Origin: Thermomicrobiales bacterium
GTDB taxonomy: Bacteria; Chloroflexota; Chloroflexia; Thermomicrobiales; UBA6265
NCBI GenBank assembly: GCA_050696075.1
Contig: JBOGUF010000045.1
Coordinates: forward strand, 13,129-77,128
Direction: 5' to 3'
DNA length: 64,000 nucleotides
Made by a program: the position numbers and the translations under genes. The first letter of the stretch is position 1. The number at the start of each line of letters is the position of its first letter. Shown piece after piece: positions 17,557-25,345 of this stretch. The notes under the pieces were generated by a model that was not told where the DNA came from, did no database searches, and saw only the letters and a list, made by a program, of their open reading frames with translations.

Positions 17557-18003
17557 CTAGGCCGCGATCCGGAGATCGCACGGTTCGTCGGCGGCACGGG
17601 CCGCCATCCGCTCGATCAGAGCGATGGCGCGGTCGGCCGTTGCCTGCTCGCCGTCCCGCTGCGTGTCATCAGCCCGTGCGGGCCGTCGAAACGGGATGAC
17701 GTTGGCCGGGGCGGGTGGCTCCGGCTCGGGATCGAGGTCGAGCATGCCCTGCCGGTGCCAGTAGAGCGCGCGGTGCTTACACACCGGATCGCCGCCCAGC
17801 ATGGCCGCCTCGCACGTGCAGTCGCGGCCGTCCGTCTCGTAGGCGACGCCGTCGCGGGTGCCGCTCGTGGCGATCCACTGGCCGGAGCCGGAGAGCTGCC
17901 GCACTTGGAGTCCGTCGGCCAGCGCCCGCTTCAGCGCCGCCTGCCAGCGCTCCGGCGTGGCGATCCGGCGGCGTGGGGTGGGAACAACTGCCTGTGTTTG
18001 CAT
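17557..18003 (-). CDS. SWIM zinc-finger protein
   Basis: 148 aa. CTCEAAMLGGDPVCKH matches the SWIM pattern CxCx(n)CxH. GGGAAGGA lies 9 nt upstream of the ATG. Confidence 0.55.
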   Translation of the reverse strand: MQTQAVVPTPRRRIATPERWQAALKRALADGLQVRQLSGSGQWIATSGTRDGVAYETDGRDCTCEAAMLGGDPVCKHRALYWHRQGMLDLDPEPEPPAPANVIPFRRPARADDTQRDGEQATADRAIALIERMAARAADEPCDLRIAA

Positions 18004-18276
18004 AGTGGTATCCTTCCCGTGCTCAATCCTGCGAGGGCGTGAGCGTGAGCCCCTGACGTGTGCCTAGCGCGTCGGGGGCTTTGTCGTCTGTGCCGGTGGC
18101 CGCTTTGGTTTTGGCTCTTCTGCCTTAGCCCGGTCGGCCGCTCCTTCTAATCCCCGCGACAGGCGACGCGCCGCCTGCCCGATGCCGGGTGCTTGTCCGG
18201 TGGTGCTGCTCGATGGGCGGCTCCTTTGCTTTGGGGCGGGTACCGGGTGTGGGGATCCTCCCCACTTGCCAAAGAC

Positions 18277-18305
18277 ATGATACATCTTTGATCTATCTCT
18301 GTCAA
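18277..18305 (-). promoter_or_regulatory. sigma70-type promoter (TTGACA-17-TATCAT) reading leftward
   Basis: On the minus strand, TTGACA is at 18305-18300, followed by a 17-nt spacer and TATCAT at 18282-18277. It sits in the AT-rich patch of the 18004-18424 intergenic region. Confidence 0.45.
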
Positions 18306-18334
18306 TAGGAATACTGCACAATTGCGGCAATGAA

Positions 18335-18363
18335 TTGACATAGTACGATCTTTCCCTTATCAT
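18335..18363 (+). promoter_or_regulatory. sigma70-type promoter (TTGACA-17-TATCAT) reading rightward into the XRE-recombinase operon
   Basis: TTGACA is at 18335-18340, followed by a 17-nt spacer and TATCAT at 18358-18363. It is arranged back-to-back with the leftward promoter. Confidence 0.45.
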
Positions 18364-18424
18364 GTTACCGGCAACGTTCGGGCAGATGACGCAACGATGC
18401 GACATCGCGGGAGGTGTGACGGGG

Positions 18425-18667
18425 ATGCACGTGGACGGGGGGCTGTTGCGCCGGGCGCGGATTCGGCGCGCGCTCTCCCAGGCCGAGCTCGCCGAGGCGG
18501 CCGGCATCAACCGGATGACGGTCAGTCGGCTGGAGATGGGACGGGGGGAAGCGGTCCAGGCGGCGACGCTGCGCAAGCTTGCCGGCACGCTCGATGTCGA
18601 GCCAGGGGACTTGATTGACTGGCCAGCCGAGGAAAGCCGCGGGCAGGTGGCCGACCGCAGCAATTGA
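18425..18667 (+). CDS. XRE-family helix-turn-helix transcriptional regulator
   Basis: LLRRARIRRALSQAELAEAAGINRMTVSRLEMGRGEAVQAATLRKLAGTLDV is a classic HTH_3/XRE motif. The track start at 18362 overlaps the -10 box. I prefer ATG 18425, downstream of GGGAGG at 18409-18414; 18386 is also possible. Confidence 0.75.
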   Translation: MHVDGGLLRRARIRRALSQAELAEAAGINRMTVSRLEMGRGEAVQAATLRKLAGTLDVEPGDLIDWPAEESRGQVADRSN

Positions 18668-18687
18668 CCGCAGTAAGGACGGCAGCT

Positions 18688-20532
18688 ATGCGCTTACAAC
18701 GAAACAGCCACAACACTGTGCCACTGAGGGCAGGACTCTATGAGCGGGTGAGTAGCGAGGAGCAGGTCCAGGGCTATTCGCTCGACGCCCAGGATCGCGC
18801 CGGACGCGGCTACTGCGACGCGCACGGCTGGACCGTCGTCCGCGTCTACCGCGACGAGGGCAAGAGCGCCCGCACCGACGACTTCGCGAAGCGTCCCGAT
18901 TTCGCGCAGATGATCGCCGACGCCGAAGCCGGTCTGCTCGACGTCATCGTCGTCCACAAACTCGACCGTTTCGCCCGAAATCTCCGGGTGACGCTGGAGA
19001 CGCTGGAACGCCTCGACCGCGCCGGCGCCGGGTTCGTCTCGATCAGCGAGAACATGGATTTCACCACGCCGATCGGCAAGGTGATCCTCGCCACGCTCGC
19101 AGCCTTCGCCCAGTACTACAGCGACAACCTCAGTTGGGAGACAAAGAAGGGCAAGGCCGAGCGCAAGGCGCAGGGCCTTTGGAACGGCGTCCTTCCGTTC
19201 GGACTCAAGCGCAGTGCCGCCCTCAACGGCGAAGGCGTGCTCGTTCCTGATCCTCAAGCGCCGCCGGTGCCAGACCCCGAGACGTATTCCGGTCTGCTCA
19301 CGGCCTTCCAGGCGGCCGCTGAAGGCAAGAGCGACCGCGACGTCGCCGAGGCACTGAACGCGGCCGGCTGCCGCACGACGGGTAATCGCGGCCGCAACCT
19401 CTTCACGAAGGACACCGTGCGGCGGATGCTGACCAACCGGTTCTACCTCGGCGAGCTGCCGGACGGCGCCGGGGGCTGGATGCCCGGCGCTCACGCCCCG
19501 TTGTTCGACGCGGACCTCTTTGAGCGCGCCCAGCAAACGCGCGTGTCGAACCGATCCGGGGCGCTCCACGTGGCACGTGCCCGCCGAACGCATTCGCTCT
19601 CGGGCATCGGCGTCTGCGCCCATTGCGGCGGCCGGCTCCACATCATCACCAACCGCCACCAGCGAACCCGCATCCACTGCTACCAGCGACGGCAGACCGA
19701 CCGCTGCGTCCAGCGCTCCGTCCTGCTCGACGGAATCGAGGCGCAGATCGAGCGGTACCTGGCGACCTTCACCCTGCCGGACGAGACGGTGCGGCAGATC
19801 GTCGCCCTTCACGAGCAGGCGCACGCCCAGCAAGACGACGCCGAGCGGCGACGCCGAGAGATCACCAACCGGCTGGAGCGGATCCGCGAGCTCTACAAGT
19901 GGGGAGACCTTACGAGCGAGGCATACCAGTCAGAGCGAGACCAGTTAGAAGCCGAGCGCGCGACGCTACGCGGCTCCCGTGACATGGCCGCCATCCTCGT
20001 CCAGACCGCGACCCTTCTCCGCGACCTCGCTGCGATGTGGCGGCAGGCGACGCAGGAGGAGCGCAATACACTGGCCCGCCTTGCCTTCCAGTCCGTGGAG
20101 ATCAAAGACGACCGCGTCGCCGCCATCGTCCCGACGCCCGACTTCGCGCCGTTCTTCGTAGACGAGGCGGCCAAGAACGGACGACTCGGGACAAATGGAA
20201 ACGGCACCGATGACGGTGCCGTCAACCTTAGGGTAGATGAGGCGGAAGCGACGGGATTCGAACCCGCGATCTCAGCCTTGACAGGGCTGCATGTTAGGCC
20301 ACTACACCACGCCTCCGTACCGAACTGGATGCTACCACGCGGCCAAAATGCATGTCAAGCACGATATCTGGGCGGACGACCGCTCATGCTGCCGACTCCG
20401 GGACGTCCGCTAGCAGCCGCGTCAAGACATCGTCACCCGAAACTCCCTCTGCCTCCGCTTCGAAGTTCAAGATCACGCGATGGCGCAGCGCGGGCAGCGC
20501 GACGCTCCGCACGTCATCGTAGGCCACATTGA
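18688..20532 (+). CDS. large serine recombinase (integrase); 3' end uncertain
   Basis: - Resolvase-type catalytic domain: AGLYERVSSEEQVQGYSLDAQ ... VVHKLDRFARNLRVTLETLERL.
- Recombinase domain and zinc ribbon: CAHCGGRLHIITNRHQRTRIHCYQRRQTDRC.
- A coiled-coil-like region follows.
- ATG 18688 lies after TAAGGA.
- The frame stays open about 110 codons past the recognisable domains. It runs antisense through the tRNA-Asp terminator, the tRNA and the moxR 3' end. Confidence 0.8.
   Translation: MRLQRNSHNTVPLRAGLYERVSSEEQVQGYSLDAQDRAGRGYCDAHGWTVVRVYRDEGKSARTDDFAKRPDFAQMIADAEAGLLDVIVVHKLDRFARNLRVTLETLERLDRAGAGFVSISENMDFTTPIGKVILATLAAFAQYYSDNLSWETKKGKAERKAQGLWNGVLPFGLKRSAALNGEGVLVPDPQAPPVPDPETYSGLLTAFQAAAEGKSDRDVAEALNAAGCRTTGNRGRNLFTKDTVRRMLTNRFYLGELPDGAGGWMPGAHAPLFDADLFERAQQTRVSNRSGALHVARARRTHSLSGIGVCAHCGGRLHIITNRHQRTRIHCYQRRQTDRCVQRSVLLDGIEAQIERYLATFTLPDETVRQIVALHEQAHAQQDDAERRRREITNRLERIRELYKWGDLTSEAYQSERDQLEAERATLRGSRDMAAILVQTATLLRDLAAMWRQATQEERNTLARLAFQSVEIKDDRVAAIVPTPDFAPFFVDEAAKNGRLGTNGNGTDDGAVNLRVDEAEATGFEPAISALTGLHVRPLHHASVPNWMLPRGQNACQARYLGGRPLMLPTPGRPLAAASRHRHPKLPLPPLRSSRSRDGAARAARRSARHRRPH
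20201..20222 (-). terminator. intrinsic terminator of tRNA-Asp
   Basis: On the minus strand, ACGGCACCG-tcat-CGGTGCCGT forms a 9-bp stem and is followed by TTCCATTTGT. It lies 21 nt downstream of the tRNA 3' end. Confidence 0.45.
20243..20316 (-). tRNA. tRNA-Asp (anticodon GTC)
   Basis: I folded this 74-nt sequence by hand.
- Acceptor stem GGAGGCG/CGCTTCC, with one G-U pair.
- D stem GTGT/ACAT.
- Anticodon stem CAGCC/GGCTG with loop CTGTCAA.
- 5-nt variable loop.
- T arm GCGGG-TTCGAAT-CCCGT.
- Discriminator G; CCA is not encoded. Confidence 0.9.
20329..20358 (-). promoter_or_regulatory. tRNA-Asp promoter (TTGACA-18-TAGCAT)
   Basis: On the minus strand, TTGACA is at 20358-20353, followed by an 18-nt spacer and TAGCAT at 20334-20329. 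The -10 box ends 12 nt upstream of the mature tRNA 5' end. Confidence 0.45.
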
Positions 20533-21382
20533 GCCGTCCGTCGATCAACGCCCTGATCTTTCCGCCCAACACAATCGCTTGCGCTCCGCGCGGACTGGCG
20601 CCGTATCGAACATACTTCTTAATTGCCATCGGCACTCGCTCACCTTCGGGATGTGTCGAGAGCACGAGCCTCACAACGTAGTCGGTCACATGAGTGGCAA
20701 TCGGCACCTGTCGCGCAAGTCGCCCCATTGCCAAAATCGTTTCGCCGTCGGCGGCTGTCTCGACGAGGGTGCCGTATTCCGACGTCGTCCGTCGCAGGAT
20801 TTCGGTGAGTTCGTTTGCCGAAGGAAACGGGATTAAGAGCTTGAAGAAGAAGCGATCAAGTTGAGCCTCTGGCAACGGATACGTGCCCTCCATTTCCAAT
20901 GGGTTCTGCGTGGCGAGCACGAAGAACGGTTGCGCCAGCTCATGGATGACGTTGGCCACCGTGCAGGTCTTGTCCTGCATCGCCTCGAGCAGCGCCGCCT
21001 GGGTTTTCGGCGTCGCCCGATTTATCTCGTCCGCCAGCACCAAATTGGAGAAGATCGGACCGTGCTGAAATGAAAAGCGTCGGCGTCCTTCTTGATCTTC
21101 CAACAAAATGTTGGTGCCGGTGATGTCGGCTGGCATCAAGTCCGGCGTGAACTGAATCCGGCTGAAGGTGAGATCAAGCGCTTCCGAGAGCGTCCGCACT
21201 AACAGGGTCTTGCCAAGACCCGGCACGCCTTCCAGCAGCGCGTGGCCTCCAGCGACGACACATATTAGAACGTCCCGCACCGTTTCGCCCTGCCCAACCA
21301 TCACCTTGCCGACTTCCTGCTCAATGCGCCGGGCAACGTCGCGAAACTGGGTGATGTTCATTTCAGCGCTGGTCGCGATCAT
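20384..21382 (-). CDS. MoxR-family AAA+ ATPase
   Basis: Walker A region GHALLEGVPGLGKTLLVRTLSEAL, then FSRIQFTPDLMPADITGT and LADEINRATPKTQAALLEAMQ. The track ORF extends to 21448. I prefer ATG 21382 (MIATSAEM...), which follows AGGAGGA. Confidence 0.85.
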   Translation of the reverse strand: MIATSAEMNITQFRDVARRIEQEVGKVMVGQGETVRDVLICVVAGGHALLEGVPGLGKTLLVRTLSEALDLTFSRIQFTPDLMPADITGTNILLEDQEGRRRFSFQHGPIFSNLVLADEINRATPKTQAALLEAMQDKTCTVANVIHELAQPFFVLATQNPLEMEGTYPLPEAQLDRFFFKLLIPFPSANELTEILRRTTSEYGTLVETAADGETILAMGRLARQVPIATHVTDYVVRLVLSTHPEGERVPMAIKKYVRYGASPRGAQAIVLGGKIRALIDGRLNVAYDDVRSVALPALRHRVILNFEAEAEGVSGDDVLTRLLADVPESAA

Positions 21383-21586
21383 GGATCCTCCTGACCGCCA
21401 CGTACCGGGCGGTCTGATGTCAATATCCTGCCAGTCACCCGCGAGCAATTGCTACAAGCGCGACGATGACGCACATTAGAACGATCAGTCCAAGCGCCGC
21501 GCCGCCGATAAGCAAGATGCTGAGCTTTGGCCAGATCCGGCCGTCAGCCGTCGGGTTCATTTCGTCACGGTCTGCCGTCTCGTGAT

Positions 21587-22738
21587 TCACTCGTCGTTCT
21601 CGAGCATCTTGCGAAAAACGTCCGCAAGTCGGTGGCCGGCAGCTTGCCAGGTCCAACGACGCGCCCATGTTCGGCGTGCCGACCTGGCCGCTTCTGATTG
21701 CTGCCCTGACGAGAGGGCCTCCACGATTCGCCATCCAATCTCGTCGGGCCTCCCCGCGTCCGCGTAAAGCGCGTGCTCGCCCCCGGTCTCTCGCAGCGCC
21801 GGGGTTGCGCCGGCAACAACGGGAACGCCGGACGCCAACCCTTCCGCGACCGGTAGCCCAAAGCCTTCGTACCATGAGGGGTACAGCAGCGCTGCCGCCC
21901 CCGCATAGAGGTTCGGCAGCAATCCCTCAGGCGCATAATCGAGAAGCATAACGCGTCCCGCCTCGACCAGCGGCCGAGCGGCCTCGTAGATCGGAGCATC
22001 GTCCCAGCCCGCGCGGCCCGCGACGACGAGTGGGAGATCGACCTGCCCGGTAAGCGTCTTCATTGCATCGAATGCGCCACGGTGATTCTTGCGCGGTTCG
22101 AGGGTGCCGACCATCAACAGATAGTCCCGCGGGATGCCCAGGGATGCCAGTTCATCCGATGACAACGGCCCAGCGCGGAAAAAACGCTCGTCGACGCCGT
22201 TGGGTATCACGTCGATTCGGTCAGCCGCGGTTCCGTACCGCTCGACAATATCGGTCTTGGTTGCCTCTGACACCGCCATCACACGCGTGGAGGATCGCAC
22301 AAGTCGCGGGACGACGGTCGATAAGAAACGCCGGAGCGCGTCGGACGCGACCCACGGGCAAACCTCGAACGCGAGATCGTGGACCGTTATGGCTCGCGGG
22401 ATTTTCCCGACCGGCGGCAACGTGAAGTCTGGTGAATAGGCGATATCGACCAGCCCGCTGAAGAAACGCGCGGGCAACGGCAACCGCGCGCGGAACCACA
22501 ACTGATCGGCCCTCCGGCGCGAGAATGGAAGTCGACGCACAGAGACTTTAGTGCCTTCAGGAAATCGAGTCACTATGTCGTCGAAGAAAGGCGGTACGCC
22601 CGCCTGTGAAGGTGCGTAAAGCAGCCGAAAATCCGCACCAGGAAGATGGGCCGCGGCGGCCGGTATTATATTGCGTGCATACCGCCCGATACCGGCTCCC
22701 TGATTGAAAGCCGCGCTGTCGTCGACCAGGATCCTCAT
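21587..22738 (-). CDS. GT4-family (GT-B fold) glycosyltransferase
   Basis: N-terminus MRILVDDSAAFNQGAGIGRYARN. C-terminal motif YPSWYEGFGLPVAEGLASGVPVVAG, the E-x7-E type. Confidence 0.8.
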   Translation of the reverse strand: MRILVDDSAAFNQGAGIGRYARNIIPAAAAHLPGADFRLLYAPSQAGVPPFFDDIVTRFPEGTKVSVRRLPFSRRRADQLWFRARLPLPARFFSGLVDIAYSPDFTLPPVGKIPRAITVHDLAFEVCPWVASDALRRFLSTVVPRLVRSSTRVMAVSEATKTDIVERYGTAADRIDVIPNGVDERFFRAGPLSSDELASLGIPRDYLLMVGTLEPRKNHRGAFDAMKTLTGQVDLPLVVAGRAGWDDAPIYEAARPLVEAGRVMLLDYAPEGLLPNLYAGAAALLYPSWYEGFGLPVAEGLASGVPVVAGATPALRETGGEHALYADAGRPDEIGWRIVEALSSGQQSEAARSARRTWARRWTWQAAGHRLADVFRKMLENDE

Positions 22739-22739
22739 C

Positions 22740-23894
22740 TCAAGGCGCCACATTCTGCCGCTCGACCGTATCCGCCATCGTCACATCCGCGCGCAAGCGC
22801 CGGATATACAAGACAGATCCAACGACGAGGATCGACCAATAGGTGACGACGCGATCGACCAGCGCGATCGAACCGGCCATCGACGACTCGACGTCCACCA
22901 GCTTGAGCACGACGATCATCGCCGCCTCGACAACACCCAACCCGGCAGGCGTAACTGGCAACGTCGTCAGCAAGGAGCTCATCAGCGCGACGAAAATCGC
23001 CGTCGTCAACGACAACTGCTGACCGAGTGCCGCGGCCACCAAAAGCAGTCGCACTCCATCACTCGTCCAGATGATGATGCTGATGCCAAGCGTGCGCCAC
23101 GGCCGGCGCAAGCACGAGAAGATCGCATCGTGCAATCGACCGAACTGGTCCTGGACACGGCGCGGCAACCGGTGGTGGATCCGCGCACGCATCTGCCAGA
23201 GGCTGACCAGCCCGATCGCCCCGATCGCCAGGAGTGCGAGTCCACCAATCATCGTGCGCCGCGCTTCCCCGGGCAGGTGTCCTTGGAACGCGATGATGCC
23301 CGCGACGCTCATCAAAGAAAAGAGCACAGCCAAGTCGGCGAGTCGTTCGGCAAGGATTGTGCCTAATCCCGTACTGAACGGAGAGCGAGCCCGTTGCTTG
23401 AGTAAGTACGCGCGATACGCGTCGCCCAGCTTCGCCGGAACCAGGCAGTTCGCGAACCATGAGAGCAAGAAGATCTCGATCAAACCGCGCACCCGCGGCA
23501 CGTCGTATCCATGTGCCCTGTCGATGCCCGCCTGCGACAACATCCCTCGCCAACGCATCGCCCGCGCAATAAATCCACCGTAATAGACCGCGACCGCTAG
23601 AGCAAAGATGGCGGGGTTCGCGTTCGTCACGTTCGACCACACGGCGCCGAGGTCGATCTCGAGCCGCTGAAAGAAAAAGACAAGAAGCGCAATCGCTAGG
23701 CCGAAGGAGAGGAGCGTTCGAGGGCGGAAGATGCGCTGTCTCAATGACGGAACGGTACCGTTTTCAACCAGCGTCGAACCGTTGACCGAGACTACTCCAT
23801 CCATTGCGAGTTGCGGGTCTATTTTATCGGGTGCGCTGTCAACCACAGGCGACGCCGACTCATCGTCAGCAACCTGTGCCGGCTCAGAACGCAT
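22740..23894 (-). CDS. polytopic membrane protein, LPG-synthase-TM / flippase-like family
   Basis: 384 aa with multiple hydrophobic spans. LLSFGLAIALLVFFFQRLEIDLGAVWSNV is an opening typical of UPF0104 / lysylphosphatidylglycerol-synthase TM-domain proteins. Confidence 0.6.
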   Translation of the reverse strand: MRSEPAQVADDESASPVVDSAPDKIDPQLAMDGVVSVNGSTLVENGTVPSLRQRIFRPRTLLSFGLAIALLVFFFQRLEIDLGAVWSNVTNANPAIFALAVAVYYGGFIARAMRWRGMLSQAGIDRAHGYDVPRVRGLIEIFLLSWFANCLVPAKLGDAYRAYLLKQRARSPFSTGLGTILAERLADLAVLFSLMSVAGIIAFQGHLPGEARRTMIGGLALLAIGAIGLVSLWQMRARIHHRLPRRVQDQFGRLHDAIFSCLRRPWRTLGISIIIWTSDGVRLLLVAAALGQQLSLTTAIFVALMSSLLTTLPVTPAGLGVVEAAMIVVLKLVDVESSMAGSIALVDRVVTYWSILVVGSVLYIRRLRADVTMADTVERQNVAP

Positions 23895-25345
23895 CAGCTC
23901 TCCGGTTCACGCCAGTCTCTTTCGCTCAAGTCTCCCAACGCCCAAATGGCGCTGAGTTGCAGTCCGAGGCTGAGCACATGCAAATAGTCAAACATGCCAT
24001 GCACCATGACGGCTGCCGTCACGCCGACTGCCCCGACGACGAGCGCTCGGTGCATCGGATGTCGGCAAAACCGCAAAGACCGCAACAGCCGCCAGACCGC
24101 CGTACCCAACAACCCGACGTAGCCCAGCAAGCCAAGCCAGCCGGACTGCGCCGCTGTGTGAATATACGTGTTGTGTGCGTGTCCGCGCGAAATCCGAAAC
24201 CGCCAAACCCGCGCGAACTCCCGATATCTGACCGAGTAGTTGCCCGCCCCCACCCCAAGCGCCGGATACATGTTCGTCATCGCGACGCCGGTTTTCCAAT
24301 GCGCCAATCGCTCGTGCTCCGCATAATTCGCTGGCGTGACCTGCTGAAAGCCGCGAGTGCCGAATGCCCCGGATGCCAGGTTCGATCCGAATGGAGTTAC
24401 CAGCAGCAAAGCCGCGGCGAAAACGACGAATCCAGTTGCCACCCAACTCCATAGATGTCCGGTCAGCATCAGCATCACGAACATGCTTGCCAGCAGCCCG
24501 AGCAATCCGCCGCGGCTCTGAGTCAACACCAGCGCGATGCCTCCCAGAAACGCTGCTAGTGTCGCAAGCCACCACAGCCAGCGTCCAAGGAAGCTCTGGT
24601 CATCCACGTTCCGATATCGCAGTCCGGAAACCGCGACCGCGCCCAGCAACGGCACCGTCATTTCCAAGTAGCCGGCGAACGGATTCGGCTCTCCAAAGGC
24701 GCCGTAGGCTCGCGTAAGGCCGCGGGCCTCGAATGACGGCGGCCCCGCTCCGGTCAACACCTGGCTGAAGCCAACCACGCTGGTGCCGATGACGGCGACC
24801 GCGCTCGCACCGACCAGCACCGTGGGAAAGCGACCGTCGCGCAGCGCGGAGATTGCCATCAAGTACACGATGAGCGCGACTCCCCACCGATATACATCGC
24901 CAACCCACGCGCCGAATTCCCGCGCGTTGACGACAGATGCCATCAGAATCACGACAAATGCGAGAAACACGGCCGACGTTACGTCGAATTGGAGCTGGGT
25001 CGGATCCGCGAGCACACGGAACAACCATGCCAACGCCGCGGCGGCAACCACAACCTTCGTCCAGGTGATCGGGAGGCTGCCGAACGTTAGCGCTCCGGCG
25101 TCCTGAATCGGAATCGAGAGCAAAATGCAGCCGACCGAGATCGAGGTCGATCTCAGCCCGACGACGAAGACGGCGGAGGCTACGACTATTGCCAACCCTA
25201 CAATCGGCCTGCTTACCAGGAGCACGCTCAATGCGACGGCCGCATATGTCGCACTGATCAAGGTCTCCTTGGGAAGGCCCGTCAATGCGTATCCCTTTAC
25301 CGGCGAAGCGAACTTGTTCATGTCAGAGCCGATCTCGAAAGCCAA
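23894..25345 (-). CDS. O-antigen ligase / polymerase-like (Wzy_C) membrane protein, copy 1
   Basis: Polytopic protein. HAHNTYIHTAAQSGWLGLLGYVGLL is the Wzy_C-type H-x-H-N loop followed by a TM span. Confidence 0.7.
   Translation of the reverse strand: MAFEIGSDMNKFASPVKGYALTGLPKETLISATYAAVALSVLLVSRPIVGLAIVVASAVFVVGLRSTSISVGCILLSIPIQDAGALTFGSLPITWTKVVVAAAALAWLFRVLADPTQLQFDVTSAVFLAFVVILMASVVNAREFGAWVGDVYRWGVALIVYLMAISALRDGRFPTVLVGASAVAVIGTSVVGFSQVLTGAGPPSFEARGLTRAYGAFGEPNPFAGYLEMTVPLLGAVAVSGLRYRNVDDQSFLGRWLWWLATLAAFLGGIALVLTQSRGGLLGLLASMFVMLMLTGHLWSWVATGFVVFAAALLLVTPFGSNLASGAFGTRGFQQVTPANYAEHERLAHWKTGVAMTNMYPALGVGAGNYSVRYREFARVWRFRISRGHAHNTYIHTAAQSGWLGLLGYVGLLGTAVWRLLRSLRFCRHPMHRALVVGAVGVTAAVMVHGMFDYLHVLSLGLQLSAIWALGDLSERDWREPES

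Larger units (their letters stand above)
1..20200. mobile_element. right-hand part of an integrated element (defence-island cargo plus XRE regulator plus large serine recombinase) abutting tRNA-Asp; left end outside the window
   Basis: A serine recombinase and an HTH regulator sit at the right edge next to a tRNA gene. The content is phage/plasmid-type small ORFs, a defence cluster and an AbiE pair, with no housekeeping genes. Housekeeping genes start immediately right of the tRNA. The right boundary is only bracketed: it lies between the end of the recognisable recombinase domains (~20150) and the tRNA terminator hairpin (20201). Confidence 0.5.

Noticed and set aside
18064-18663. 199-aa minus-strand ORF spanning the regulatory region and the XRE gene.
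   Set aside because: It runs antisense through the HTH gene and both promoters. Its composition is Ser/Pro/Arg-rich, and it has no SD.
20243-20316. Direct repeat of the tRNA-Asp 3' half as the second att site within the window.
   Set aside because: I scanned for GGGATTCGAACCC-type sequence. The only similar string is the tmRNA T-arm (GGAGTCGAACCCCC). The tRNA also has its own terminator between it and the element. The att core is therefore probably not the tRNA itself, and the partner site lies outside the window.
20384-21448. The idea that element integration disrupted a MoxR-DUF58-vWA operon.
   Set aside because: A complete tRNA gene with its own promoter and terminator lies between moxR and the element, and no DUF58/vWA fragments are visible. 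MoxR genes can also occur alone.
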